Assembly (NCBI GenBank): GCA_002269645.1
Contig: NIVC01001204.1
Coordinates: forward strand, 62,001 to 126,000
DNA length: 64,000 nt
From: Macrostomum lignano
Taxonomy: Eukaryota
Direction: 5' to 3'
Position numbers and translations under genes: made by a program. Position 1 is the first letter of the stretch; every line of letters begins with the position of its first letter. Below the pieces are notes generated by a model. That model was not told the origin of the DNA. It saw nothing but the letters and a program-made list of their open reading frames with translations, and made no database searches. Positions 1 through 10,779 of the stretch are shown in pieces.

Positions 1-394
1 ATGATCCTATGATCTATTCTTCATGATCCTATGATCTATTCTTCATGATCCTATGATATATTCTTCATGATCCTATGATCTATTCTTCATGATCCTATGA
101 TCTACTCTTTATGATCCTATGATCTATTCTTTATGATCCTATTATCTATTCTTCATGATCCTATGATCTATTCTTTATGATCCTATGATATATTCTTCAT
201 GATCCTATGATCTATTCTTCATGATCCTATGATCTATTCTTTATGATCCTATGATCTATTCTTTATGATCCTATGATCTATTCTTTATGATCCTATTATC
301 TATTCTTCATGATCCTATGATCTATTCTTTATGATCCTATGATATATTCTTCATGATCCTATGATCTATTCTTCATGATCCTATGATGTATTCT
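1..394. repeat. Minisatellite, 22-bp unit ATGATCCTATGATCTATTCTTC (intronic in the SOCS-box gene; truncated by window start)
   Basis: About 18 tandem copies read directly; lies upstream of the acceptor at 566-567. Confidence 0.95.
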
Positions 395-567
395 CCGTTC
401 TCTCTCCTTTTCTATCACTTGAATCCCTAGGCTAAGTATCTACTCTCTCAGCAGTCTTATCTCTAGTCTAATCCAGCAAATAGACATGCTGAACTTCTCA
501 GCTCCATGTGTCTAACACAGTCTCCGTAAATGCCTCATCTTTAATATCCCCCTCCCTCGCCCTGCAG

Positions 568-827
568 CGGAGCCGCTGCCTCTAATGGTGCTCTGCCGGT
601 CCGTCATTCGCAAGCACTTCCAGCGTCGGGCAGCCGCCGCCGCCGCCGCCGCCGCTGCTGCAGCAAGTCGTCATGGCAACAGCGCCCCTAGCAACGGCCC
701 TAGCAACGCTGGTAGTACTCAAGCGCAGTTGCTACCAGAGATTAACAAGCTGCCGCTACCTAACAGCATCAAGGATTACCTGCTGTACCGCACCCCCTGC
801 TCAGATGGGGCCGGCTCTATGCAATAA
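568..827 (+). CDS. SPSB1: Terminal coding exon of an SPRY-domain SOCS-box protein (SPSB1/4, gustavus-like)
   Basis: Acceptor cctgcAG at 566-567, phase 1 (C|CG=P). Translation PEPLPLMVLCRSVIRKHF...EINKLPLPNSIKDYLLYR matches the SPSB/gustavus SOCS box (PEPLPLMDLCR...LPLP.SLK.YLLY). TAA at 825-827. The SPRY exons would lie upstream of the window, so the family call rests on the SOCS box alone. Confidence 0.75.
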
Positions 828-1340
828 CAATTATTCATAACTATTTATTATATGCTATAAATCAATTTGATTACTAATTCGCAGCTTATTTGATAACTAC
901 TCAGTAAGAGACGGCCATCTGTTTGTGTGTGCATGTTTTTTTTTTAAAGAAAAGTGATCTACAAGAAGAAGCACTTAGCAATTGTAATTAAGTATTGTTT
1001 CACCTATATAATGTCTCACATTAGACGTTGCTTCTTGTTGTTCCTTGTTAACTCGGGAATCGATAATCTACTACTTAGCTTATGTTCGTCTACGTGTATT
1101 CTTTTCTTTGTTTTCATTTATTTTTAATTTTACTCGCGCATCCTACTGCAGCTACTGGGGCTAGTAGGCGAGTAACGAGTTTTATTCGATTTATTTGTTT
1201 TTTAGGAAGAAAAAGACTGACAAAATAAGCTTCGTATAATGTGAAGTAAGTATTGTTATTGGTTCTATTGTCTGTACTTTTTTGCGAACAGTCTGTTTGT
1301 AAAACTTTCCTTTGTCCGCCATCCCGTTTTTATCATATGC

Positions 1341-1346
1341 AATAAA
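1341..1346 (+). terminator. Putative polyadenylation signal (AATAAA) of the SOCS-box gene
   Basis: Canonical hexamer ~515 nt after the stop, at the end of an AT-rich 3' UTR-like stretch, followed by T-rich sequence. Confidence 0.5.
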
Positions 1347-1448
1347 CTCAAGCCATTTTTATCGAAGCTGTTTGTTTTTAGCTTTCTAGTACCTATGGAA
1401 AGTCCAAGTCGAGGAAAATTTTATAAACACAGTTATAAGCATTTTGGC

Positions 1449-1632
1449 TAGATTCTCAAGATTGATGTCTATCTTCATGTCTAGATTCTCAAGATTGATG
1501 TCTATCTTCATGTCTAGATTCTCAAGATTGATGTCTATCTTCATGTCTAGATTCTCAAGATTGATGTCTATCTTCATGTCTAGATTCTCAGGGTAGATGT
1601 CTATCTTTATGTGTAGATTCTCAAGGATAGAC
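1449..1632. repeat. Minisatellite, 33-bp unit TAGATTCTCAAGATTGATGTCTATCTTCATGTC
   Basis: About 5.5 tandem copies; gives the 11-aa periodic ORF 1386..1634. Confidence 0.95.
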
Positions 1633-2542
1633 ATCTAGGTTCATATCTAATGTACGAGTAGATTATTAAATAGTTTTTCAAGTCTAACTTCCAGTCTATG
1701 TATAGATATCCTTCCTAGGAAAATTTGCCAATCTAGTAGATTATCTTGAAGAAATTGACGTAGGCAAATTTAAAATAGCACCAGTTTCTTCTTTGTTTTA
1801 AGTCGCATAATTTGTTTAAATTTGAGCCTGAGAAATATTATTTCATTGCTGGTCCTGTTCATTTGTTGCCGTTTTTTGTCCCTTTTCTCTTAATGCCAGG
1901 CACTCACCTGCTGCTATGCTCCGGCGCTGATTATTTGCTTTTGTTTGCTTTGCTTTTCCTGCTTCTGCTATAAACTGCTTTTAGTACATTCGTCTGTCTG
2001 ACCGACTTTCTGCACTTTTTAACCTAGTTTTGTGTTTTTTTTGTCCACGTTTAAGCAATAATACTCGCTTCTGTCTACTTACTGTAAGTAAGTAGTATAA
2101 GTAGCGCATTCAGTCTATTATTAAGTTCATGGAATTTGCGTGTAATTAGCAAAATACTGTTTTTTTTCTCTCAAATTAGTTCATTTTGTTGATACAAAAC
2201 AACTATAAAGTAACTAAATATTCATTTTATCATATAATGAAATTATATAATGCATTATATATGTCTACACCTGCCTGTTGTTTTCACCTTTCGTAATTTG
2301 CGTTTTGTTAATTCGACTCGTAATTATGTTTATTAATATTTATTACTGACGCAAATACAATTTTGAGCAGCTGTAAGCTGGTCTCTAATAACTATTGCGC
2401 TGCGCAATATTGGGTAGTTGAAATCAATTTGCGGCTGTCTTGATTGCAGCTTTTAGTTATTTGATTTTTCCTAGCCTGAATTGCACTTTTACTGTAGGAT
2501 TTTCTTAGTTTGGCTTGTTGAAAAGGCTGCTGAAAACGGTGG

Positions 2543-3285
2543 GATTGATGAGTGTTTATTGATAGATTGATGAGTGTTTATTGATAGATTGATGAGTGTT
2601 TAGTGATAGATTGATGAGTGTTTATTGATAGATTGATGAGTGTTTACTGATAGATTGATGAGTGTTTATTGATAGATTGATGAGTGTTTATTGATAGATT
2701 GATGAGTGTTTATTGATAGATTGATGAGTGTTTATTGATTGATTGATGAGTGTTTATTGATAGATTGATGAGTGTTTATTGATAGATTGATGAGTGTTTA
2801 TTGATTGATTGATGAGTGTTTATTGATAGATTGATGAGTGTTTATTGTTAGATTGATGAGTGTTTATTGATTGATTGATGAGTGTTTATTGATAGATTGA
2901 TGAGTGTTTATTGATAGATTGATGAGTGTTTATTGATACACTGATGAGTGTTTATTGATAGATTGATAAGTGTTTATTGATAGATTGATGAGTGTTTACT
3001 GTTAGATTAATGAGTGTTTATTGATAGATTAATTAGTGTTTACGCTCGTATTGATAGATTGATGTGTGTTTATTGATAGATTGATGAGTGTTTATTGATA
3101 GATTGATGAGTGTTTATTGATAGATTTATGAGTGTTTATTGATAGATTGATGAGTGTTTATTGATAGATTGATGAGTGTTTATTGATAGATTGATGAGTG
3201 TTTATTGATAGATTGATGAGTGTTTATTGATAGATTGATGAGTGTTTATTGATAGATTGATGAAAGCTTATTGATAGATTGATAT
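2543..3285. repeat. Minisatellite, 22-bp unit TTGATGAGTGTTTATTGATAGA
   Basis: About 33 tandem copies read directly. Confidence 0.95.
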
Positions 3286-3414
3286 TGATTGATACTTGAT
3301 AGATCGATAACATCAAAACGGGTAAAATGATTAACTCCATCAGGTAGATAAACTAATTAAAGAATTTTGACATCTGAATCGCAGAGCCCAGCTACATTTA
3401 TTACATCAGCCGCG

Positions 3415-3558
3415 ATGTCTTCAATCGATAGTGATGACCTTCGTCGATGGCTGCCCGACTTTCCATCTGGTCCGCTGGAGCCGTTTCGCAGGCGGGCCTC
3501 CTTCGACTGGAGACGGATGGCCCGTCTGCTGTTTGGAGAGGACGGATTGCGAGTTCGG
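3415..3558 (+). CDS. ACOX3: Peroxisomal acyl-CoA oxidase 3 (pristanoyl-CoA oxidase), exon 1
   Basis: MSSIDSDDLRRWLPDFPSGPLEPFRRRASFDWRRM matches the ACOX3 N-terminus ([24 protein letters not shown]). Donor GTGAGA at 3559, phase 0. Confidence 0.9.
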
Positions 3559-3589
3559 GTGAGACTGCCCGCGGCGATGACAATTCTAC

Positions 3590-4250
3590 TGGACTCTCAC
3601 CCTTAGATTCTCTTGGACTCTCACCCTGAGATTCTCTTGGACTCTCACCCCGAGATTATTTTGGGACTATAACCCTTAGATTTTCTTAGACTTTCACCCT
3701 TAGATTCTCTTGGACTCTCACCCTGGGGTTCTCTCGGACTCTCACCCTGAGATTCTCTTGGACTCTCACCCCGAGATTATCTTGGGACTATAACCCTTAG
3801 ATTTTCTTAGACTTTCACCCTTAGATTCTCTTGGGCTCTCACCCTGGGGTTCTCTCGGACTCTCACCCTGGGATTCTCTTGGACCCTCACCCTGAGGTTC
3901 TCTTGGACTCTCACCCTGAGATTCTCTTGGACTCTCACCCCGAGATTATCTTGGGACTATAACCCTGAGATTCTCTTGGGACTATAACCCTTAGATTTTC
4001 TTAGACTCTCACCCTTAGATTCTCTTGGACTCTCACCCTGGGGTTCTCTCGGACTCTCACCCTGGGATTCTCTTGGACTCTCACCCTGAGGTTCTCTTGG
4101 ACTCTCACCCTGAGGTTCTCTTGGACTCTCACCCTGAGATTCTCTTGGACTCTCACCCTGAGGTTCTCTTGGACTCTGACCCTGGGATTCTCTTGGACTG
4201 TCACCCTGAGATTCTCTTGGAATCTCACCCTCAGATTCTCTTGGCCTCGC
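3590..4250. repeat. Intron-1 minisatellite, 24-bp unit GGACTCTCACCCTGAGATTCTCTT
   Basis: About 27 copies; explains the 8-aa periodic ORFs at 4001-4342. Confidence 0.95.
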
Positions 4251-4405
4251 ATTCTCTGATTCTCTTGGAACTTTCTTGTCCTGAGATTATATTCGACTTT
4301 AAGATTCTTCTTGTCGATCTTTTTAGACTTTCACCTTTTTAATAGGTTGGCCTCACCCTGAGATACTTAGACAGTAGACATTAGACTCTTACATTTTCTC
4401 TGCAG

Positions 4406-4847
4406 TTGACAGTGTGGCGCACAATGGAGTCCGACCCGGTGTTCGCGCACAGTCAGCGGCCCCTAGCCCTTCAAGAGGTGCGCAAGCGAACCTACCTGCA
4501 GTGCAAGCGACTATTTGAGTACACTTTTTTGACCGACGAAGATCTGATGTCCAATCCCCAGCTGTTGAGTCACTTCAACCAGGCCGTTCTCATGTACGAT
4601 AAGTCTCTGCTAGCCAAGTACTCCCTCACTGTCACCATGTTTGGCTCCAGCGTCATGTCTATGGGCAAGAGTCACCAGGACTATTTTGAGCGAGCAAGGA
4701 ATTTCGAGCTGTTCGGATGTTTCGCTCTGACCGAGCTGTCGCACGGTAGCAATGCTAGGGCGATGCGAACTGAAGCTCGATACGATCCTCAGACTAAAGA
4801 GTTTGTGCTCAACACTCCCGATTTGGAGGCTATGAAGATTTGGGTTG
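4406..4847 (+). CDS. ACOX3: ACOX3 exon 2
   Basis: Acceptor ctgcAG at 4404-4405. Encodes CKRLFEY...[13 protein letters not shown]...[16 protein letters not shown], hallmark acyl-CoA oxidase motifs. Donor G|GTGAGT at 4848, phase 1. Confidence 0.95.
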
Positions 4848-6412
4848 GTGAGTTTAGTGTCATAGATTTCTAAAAATCAGTCACATGCCTATCTACTTAG
4901 ACAAAAACAAACCATTCTTCATCTTAGTTGCAGTTTCAATAGGATCATAATTTTGTCTCCGTAGGGGTTTTTGATGTTGCTGATTTCAAATTTGAGCTTC
5001 ATTTTTTGTAGCTTAAAGCCAACAACCGGGGCATGGGGAATGGAAGGTTTTAGGGTGGGGAGAATCTTTATGGGGATTCATTTTACGTACCTAAACTTCA
5101 ATAGAGGCGCATGGAGGTCTATTGTAGATTAGGTTCATAAATTCGGAGACTGAGGGGGGCTCCTAGGGTGGAAATTGCAATGAAGCTTAAATCAGAAATT
5201 TAGCAAGTTATCAAACACCTCCATGGAGAAAAATTATAATCGTATCAAAATTAATTGATATCAGCAGCTGTAGTTACCTTCAGAATGGAGACAACGCAGA
5301 TTAGTCGAAATAAGTATAGGTAAACACTAGCAATCAGCGCCCCCCGGTTGGGGAGCCAAAAATTGCAGTACAATTTGTTTTAATAAACTACATGTAGCGT
5401 CTCTTTGCAATATACCTCAGCAGTCCCTTGTAAGCCTTGACATGTCAGCAATTTTCCCCACAGGCCTCAACATATCAACTCCCCCCTTGACATCTCAGCG
5501 ATGCCCTCCATAAGCCTTGAAATCTTGAAAAATATCTTCAACTTTCTAACCCTAACCCTAAACATAACCCTAAAGCATTAACATTTCAGTAATTCTCTCC
5601 AAGAGTCATTATAGCACTACAGCATTATAGCGATTCCCTACAAGCCTCGACATCGCAGGAATTTCCAAATGAATCTTTTAACTTCGACATGACGCTTCTT
5701 TTATTTTTTACATGACGCCTACATGACGCAAATCAAAAGCGGGAGGTGAGGGGCGGGTGGCGAACCGTGAGTCAGCACTTTTAAAACACTTTTCTGGCGT
5801 GGCACTCTCGCTGCACTATAACAAATTTAGTGAAGAAAAATTAATAGACAATCTTTTTATCGGAGTTAAAAATCGAACCCTCTAAATGTCTTTTAGAATG
5901 AATTCGTTACATTTTGGAAAATATTTACACTTGAAAGGTATGATTCTAAAAAAAGTTCAATTTTTAAACATACAAGTTTTCAAAACTGCTTCCGAAGCTC
6001 CTGTTACTTCTGAAGGTATTTTTTGCAGTTTTTTGCTTTATTATCATTTTGGACAGCCTCTAAGACTGTGGCGAATGTTTCAGAAAAATCGGAAAATTGA
6101 AAGTATTTTACGTACCTAAAGTTCAAGAAGTCCCATTCTTAGTATATAGGACTAGTTGATTTAGCCCCCTTTGGGGGCTAGTTGACTATGTAGTCGCCAA
6201 GCTCCTCCAGGGCCTGCTTTACATGTACACACTGTTATGCCTTCTCCTCAATGAAGGGAATTAGCTCGACAAGCCACAAGAGTAAATTTTCGTGCACGAG
6301 CACCCGCACGGTCTTTGGCGATTAGAGTCTGGCTTCGAGGTTTTATATACTTTCGATACATATCGGTTTTTCAAAATCCCTACTGCTTACTGCTGTATTG
6401 CCCGCAACGCAG

Positions 6413-6854
6413 GCAACCTGGGCCAGTCAGCTACTCACGCTCTGGTCTATGCTCAACTAATCACGCCCGACGGTTCGAACCACGGACTTCACGCGTTTGC
6501 CGTGCCAGTCAGAAGCCCGAGCACAATGCTGCCCTATCCTGGAGTTATTGTCGGCGATATGGGCGCCAAAATCGGCTTCAACGGAGTCGACAACGGATTT
6601 GTGGCCTTCAACGGCTATCGCATTGACAAGTCCTGTCTGCTCAACCGGACCGGAGACGTCACGGACTCTGGCGAGTACGTCAGTCCTTATAGGGACGCTT
6701 CTAAACGTCTAGGCGCTACTCTGGGCGCCCTGAGCGGCGGCAGGGTCGGCATTGTCGGCATGGCAGCCTCTGGTCTGTCCATGGCAACGGTTATCGCTAT
6801 CCGGTACTCGGCCTCTCGGAAGCAGTTCTGCGAAGACGCCTACGACTATGGCGG
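6413..6854 (+). CDS. ACOX3: ACOX3 exon 3
   Basis: Acceptor acgcAG at 6411-6412 completes G|GC. Encodes GNLGQSATHALVYAQL...PGVIVGDMGAKIGFNGVDNGF...LSGGRVGI...IRYSASRKQF. Donor GG|GTGAGA at 6855, phase 2. Confidence 0.92.
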
Positions 6855-7520
6855 GTGAGATCTCAGTTGGGATGGTGAGATCTCATTTTGGAGGTAGAGA
6901 TCTCAGTTGGGATGGTGAGATCTCATTTTGGAGGTAGAGATCTCTGTTGGGAAGCTGAAATATCATTTTGGTGGTAGAGATCTCAGTTGGAAGGGTAAGA
7001 TTTCATTTTGGAGGTAGAGATCTCAGTTGAGAGGGTGAGATATCATTTTGGAGGTAGAGATCTCAGTTGAGAGGGTGAGATATCATTTTGGAGGTAGAGA
7101 TCTCAGTTGAGAGGGTGAGATATCATTTAGGAGGTAGAGATCTCAATTGGCAGGGTAAGACTTCATTTTGGAGGTAGAGATCTCAATTGGCAGGGTAAGA
7201 TCTCAGTTGAGAGGGTGAGATATCAATTTGGAGGTAGAGATCTCAATTGGCAGGGTAAGATCTCAGTTGAGAGGGTGAGATATCATTTTGGAGGTAGAGA
7301 TCTCAATTGGCAGGGTAAGATCTCAGTTGAGAGGGTGAGATATCATTTTGGAGGTAGAGATCTCTGTTGGGAAGCTGAAATTTCATTTTGGAGGTAGAGA
7401 TCTCAGTTGAGAGGGTGAGATATCATTTTGGAGGTAGAAATCTCAGTTGAGAGGGTGAGATATCATTTTGGAGGTAGAGATCTCAGTTGGGAAGATGAGA
7501 TCTCAGTTAGGAGTGTGAGA
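6855..7520. repeat. Intron-3 minisatellite, 40-bp unit GTGAGATATCATTTTGGAGGTAGAGATCTCAGTTGAGAGG (dimer of related 20-mers)
   Basis: About 16 copies starting at the splice donor. Confidence 0.93.
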
Positions 7521-7614
7521 TCTTGCCAATATAAAGTTTTGTTTAAGTTTTTGGACTGCAACATTTTGAGAGAATCGTGCCACTTCTTTACTTAAAAAAC
7601 TATTAAAAAAACAG

Positions 7615-8083
7615 AAAATCGCAGCGACAGCCCTCCAGCATCTCGTCTTCATCATCAGCCAGCCATGACAACCAGCGGCTCGGCCTGTCCTCATCTTCAT
7701 CACCAGATGCTCAGCAGCCGCAGAATCCGGCAGCCCCAGAGCGGCCAGTCCTGGAGTATTCGATGCAGCAGCAGCGCCTCTTCCCTCACCTGGCCGCTGC
7801 CTACGCCTGGACCCACATGACCGACTCTCTGTTCGCCGACTACGTCGCGCTGCGCCTGACAGATCCCAAATCCCCGTCTGCGGCCAGCGCCGGTCGGGAG
7901 CTGCACGCTCTGTCCTCGGCGTTGAAGCCGGCCGTGTCGTGGGCCTGCATGTCCGCCCTGCAGGAGGCGAGGGAGGCCTGCGGGGGTCACGGCTATCTGG
8001 CTGCGGGACGGCTGGGACAGTTGCGCAACGATTTTGACGCGTCCTGCACCTACGAAGGAGAAAATCACGTGCTGCTGCAGCAG
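7615..8083 (+). CDS. ACOX3: ACOX3 exon 4 (5' boundary uncertain)
   Basis: Encodes ERPVLEYSMQQQRLFPHLAAAYA...HALSSALKPAVSW...REACGGHGYL...CTYEGENHVLLQQ, including the catalytic Glu motif TYEG. Donor CAG|GTGAGG at 8084. Phase-compatible acceptors end at 7614, 7638 and 7662; 7614 is used here. Confidence 0.88.
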
Positions 8084-8119
8084 GTGAGGTGGGAAGGCCC
8101 GGAGGTCAGCCCCGCACTT

Positions 8120-8780
8120 CCAGTTGTTAATATTTTCCAAGAAATCGATCCCAGTTGGTGATATTTTCTCAGAAATCGCTTCCAGTTGGTGTAATTTCTA
8201 AGAAATCGCTTCCAGTTGGTTAGATTTCCAAGAAATCGATCCCAGTTGGTGATATTTCCAAGAAATCGATCCCAGTTGGTTAGATTTCCAAGAAATAGAT
8301 TCCAGTTGGTGATATTTCCAAGAAATCGCTTCGGGTTGGTACATTCTCCAAGAAATCGATCCCAGTTGGTAAGATTTTCTAAGAAATCGCTTTCAGTTGG
8401 TGAGATTTCTTAGAAATGTCTTCGTTACTTTCGCTGCGTGGACGTTTCTAAGAAACCACCTCAAGTTGGAAGGATTTCTGAGAAATCGGTTCTTTAATTT
8501 GGTGATATTTTCTAAGTAATCGCTTCCAGTTGGTGATATTTCTAAGAAATCGCTTCCAGTTGTTGTAATTTCTAAGAAATCGCTTCCAGTTGGTTAGATT
8601 TCCAAGAAATCGATCCCAGTTGGTTAGATTTCTAAGAAATCGCTTTCAGTTGGTTAGATTTCCAAGAAAGTGCTTCCAGTTGGTTAGATTTCCAAGAAAT
8701 CGATCCCAGTTGGTGATATTTCCAAGAAATCGCTTCCAGTTGGTACAATTTTCTAAGAAATCGCATTCAGTTCGTGAGCA
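8120..8780. repeat. Intron-4 minisatellite A, ~30-bp unit AGAAATCGCTTCCAGTTGGTTAGATTTCCA
   Basis: About 20 degenerate copies with 10-aa periodic ORFs. Confidence 0.9.
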
Positions 8781-9255
8781 ATCAGCTCAGATTATTGGAA
8801 TTTCTAAGAAACCAGCTCAGATTAGTGGCATTTCTAAAAAATCAGCTCAGATTAGTGGGATTTCTAAGAAATCTGCTCAGATTAGTGGATTTCTAAGAAA
8901 TCAGCTCAGATTAGTATTTTTTCTAAGAAATCAGCTCAGATTAGTTGGGTTTCTAAGAAACCAGCTCAGATTATTGGGATTTCTAAACAATCAGCTCAGA
9001 TTAGTAATTTTTCAAAGAAATCAGCTCAGATTATTTGGATTTCTAAGAAATCAGCTCAGATTAGTGGGATTTCTAAGAAACCAGCTCAGATTATTGGGAT
9101 TTCTAAACAATCAGCTCAGATTAGTAATTTTTCAAAGAAATCAGCTCAGATTATTTGGATTTCTAAGAAATCAGCTCAGATTAGTGGGATTTCTAAGAAA
9201 CCAGCTCAGATTATTGGGATTTCTAAACAATCAGCTCAGATTAGTGGGATTTCTG
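8781..9255. repeat. Intron-4 minisatellite B, 30-bp unit AGAAATCAGCTCAGATTAGTGGGATTTCTA
   Basis: About 16 copies with a 120-bp higher-order repeat (around 8930-9240). Confidence 0.9.
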
Positions 9256-9474
9256 CGAAGTCGTCTTTTAATTTGGTGGGGTTTCTAAGAAACAGCTTCC
9301 AGTTTCTAAGTGAAGCATTTTTTAAGAAATCAATAGATGAATTTCTGAGTATCACTTATCCGCTATACAGAGATTTCTGAATCTGACAGATCATTTCCAG
9401 CCAGTTCCAGTCAATGCGATTATTTCCAAGAAACACAAGCATTTCCCCATAAAATAACAAAAATTGCGCGTCAG

Positions 9475-10125
9475 GCCACGGCTCACCTGCTATCTCTGGC
9501 ATCCAAGCTGAAGAAGCAGCCAACTTCAAAAGCTGCCGACACCGCCTCTGCCGCCGCGACCGCCGCCTCCCCTCTCGGCAGCTATCGCTATCTGTTCTTC
9601 TTGAGCTTTGAGCAGCAGCAGCAGCAGCAACAGCAAAAGCTCCTGCCCAGCCTTCAGGAGATGCTGGACGGCGAGGGCTTCTCCGCGGACGCCGACGACA
9701 GCATCGAAGGCGTCCCCGCGCTGCTCAGCCTGCTGCACTCGCTGATCGGCAACCTGCTGCTCCGCCCAGAGTCGGCGCCGCTGTCGCCCTGGCGAGCCAA
9801 GACCCTCGCCCTCGCCTACGCCGACGCCGAAGTGCTTCGCCGGTTTCGTCGACTCGCCTTCGGCGTTCCGGCCACCTCGGAGTGTCTGGCCGGGCCGCTG
9901 CGGCTGCTGTGGGTTGTGCACGGCCTGAGTCTGGTGCAGCGGCATCTGCCGGCCATGTTCGAGGCCGACTGCCGCGATTTTGATGCGGTCCAGTTGGCCA
10001 GGTGGCTGCCAGCCTGTCAGGCTGCCGCGTGCGCCGCTCTTCTGCCAGAGTCGCTGGGTCTGGTTGACGCCATCGCCCCTACCGACTTTGTGCTCAACTC
10101 TGCTCTGGGAGCGTCTGATGGGCTG
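9475..10125 (+). CDS. ACOX3: ACOX3 exon 5
   Basis: Acceptor gtcAG at 9473-9474, phase 0. Open frame ATAHLLSL...SPLGSYRYL...GLVDAIAPTDFVLNSALGASDGL (human: DAIAPPDFVLDSPIGRADG). Donor GTGAGA at 10126. Confidence 0.9.
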
Positions 10126-10129
10126 GTGA

Positions 10130-10745
10130 GATTCTAGAAATGGGATTTGAATTCTTGGATTCTAGAAATGGGATTTGAATTCTGGGACTCTGGAAATGGG
10201 AATTGAATTCTGGGATTCTAGAAATGGGATTTGAATTCTGGGATTCTGGAAATGGGAATTGAATTCTGGGATTCTAGAAATGGGATTTGAATTCTGGGAC
10301 TCTGGAAATGGGATTTGAATTCTGGGATTCTAAAAATGGGATTTGAATTCTGGGATTCTGGAAATGGGAATTTAATTCTGGGATTCTAGAAATGGGATTT
10401 GAATTCTGGGACTCTGGAAATGGGAATTGAATTCTGGGATTCTAGAAATGGGATTTGATTTCTGGGATTCTAAAAATGGGATTTGAATTCTGGGATTCTA
10501 AAAATGGGATTTGAATTCTGAGATTCTAAAAATGGGATTTGAATTCTGGGATTCTGGAAATGGAAATTGAATTCTGGGATTCTAGAAATGGGATTTGAAT
10601 TCTGGGACTCTGGAAATGGGATTTGAATTCTGTGATTCTAGAAATGGGATTTGAATTCTGAAATTCTGGAAACGGGATTTGAATCCTGGGATTCTAGATA
10701 TGGGATTTGAATTCTGGGATTCTGGAAATGGGATTTGAATTCTGA
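10130..10745. repeat. Intron-5 minisatellite A, 28-bp unit TAGAAATGGGATTTGAATTCTGGGATTC
   Basis: About 22 copies starting 5 nt after the donor. Confidence 0.95.
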
Positions 10746-10779
10746 GATTAGGATGTGAATTCCTGAGAGTAAGATTAGA

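Noticed and set aside
5545-5575. Telomere-like CTAACCCTAACCCTAA
   Set aside because: Only 2-3 units; too short to call an interstitial telomere.
6292-6412. 5' extension of ORF 6292 (and similar ORF overhangs at 4848-4873, 8084-8161, 51076-51122, 53092-53124) as coding
   Set aside because: These lie beyond consensus splice sites, and homology to ACOX3 or DUF229 stops at those sites.
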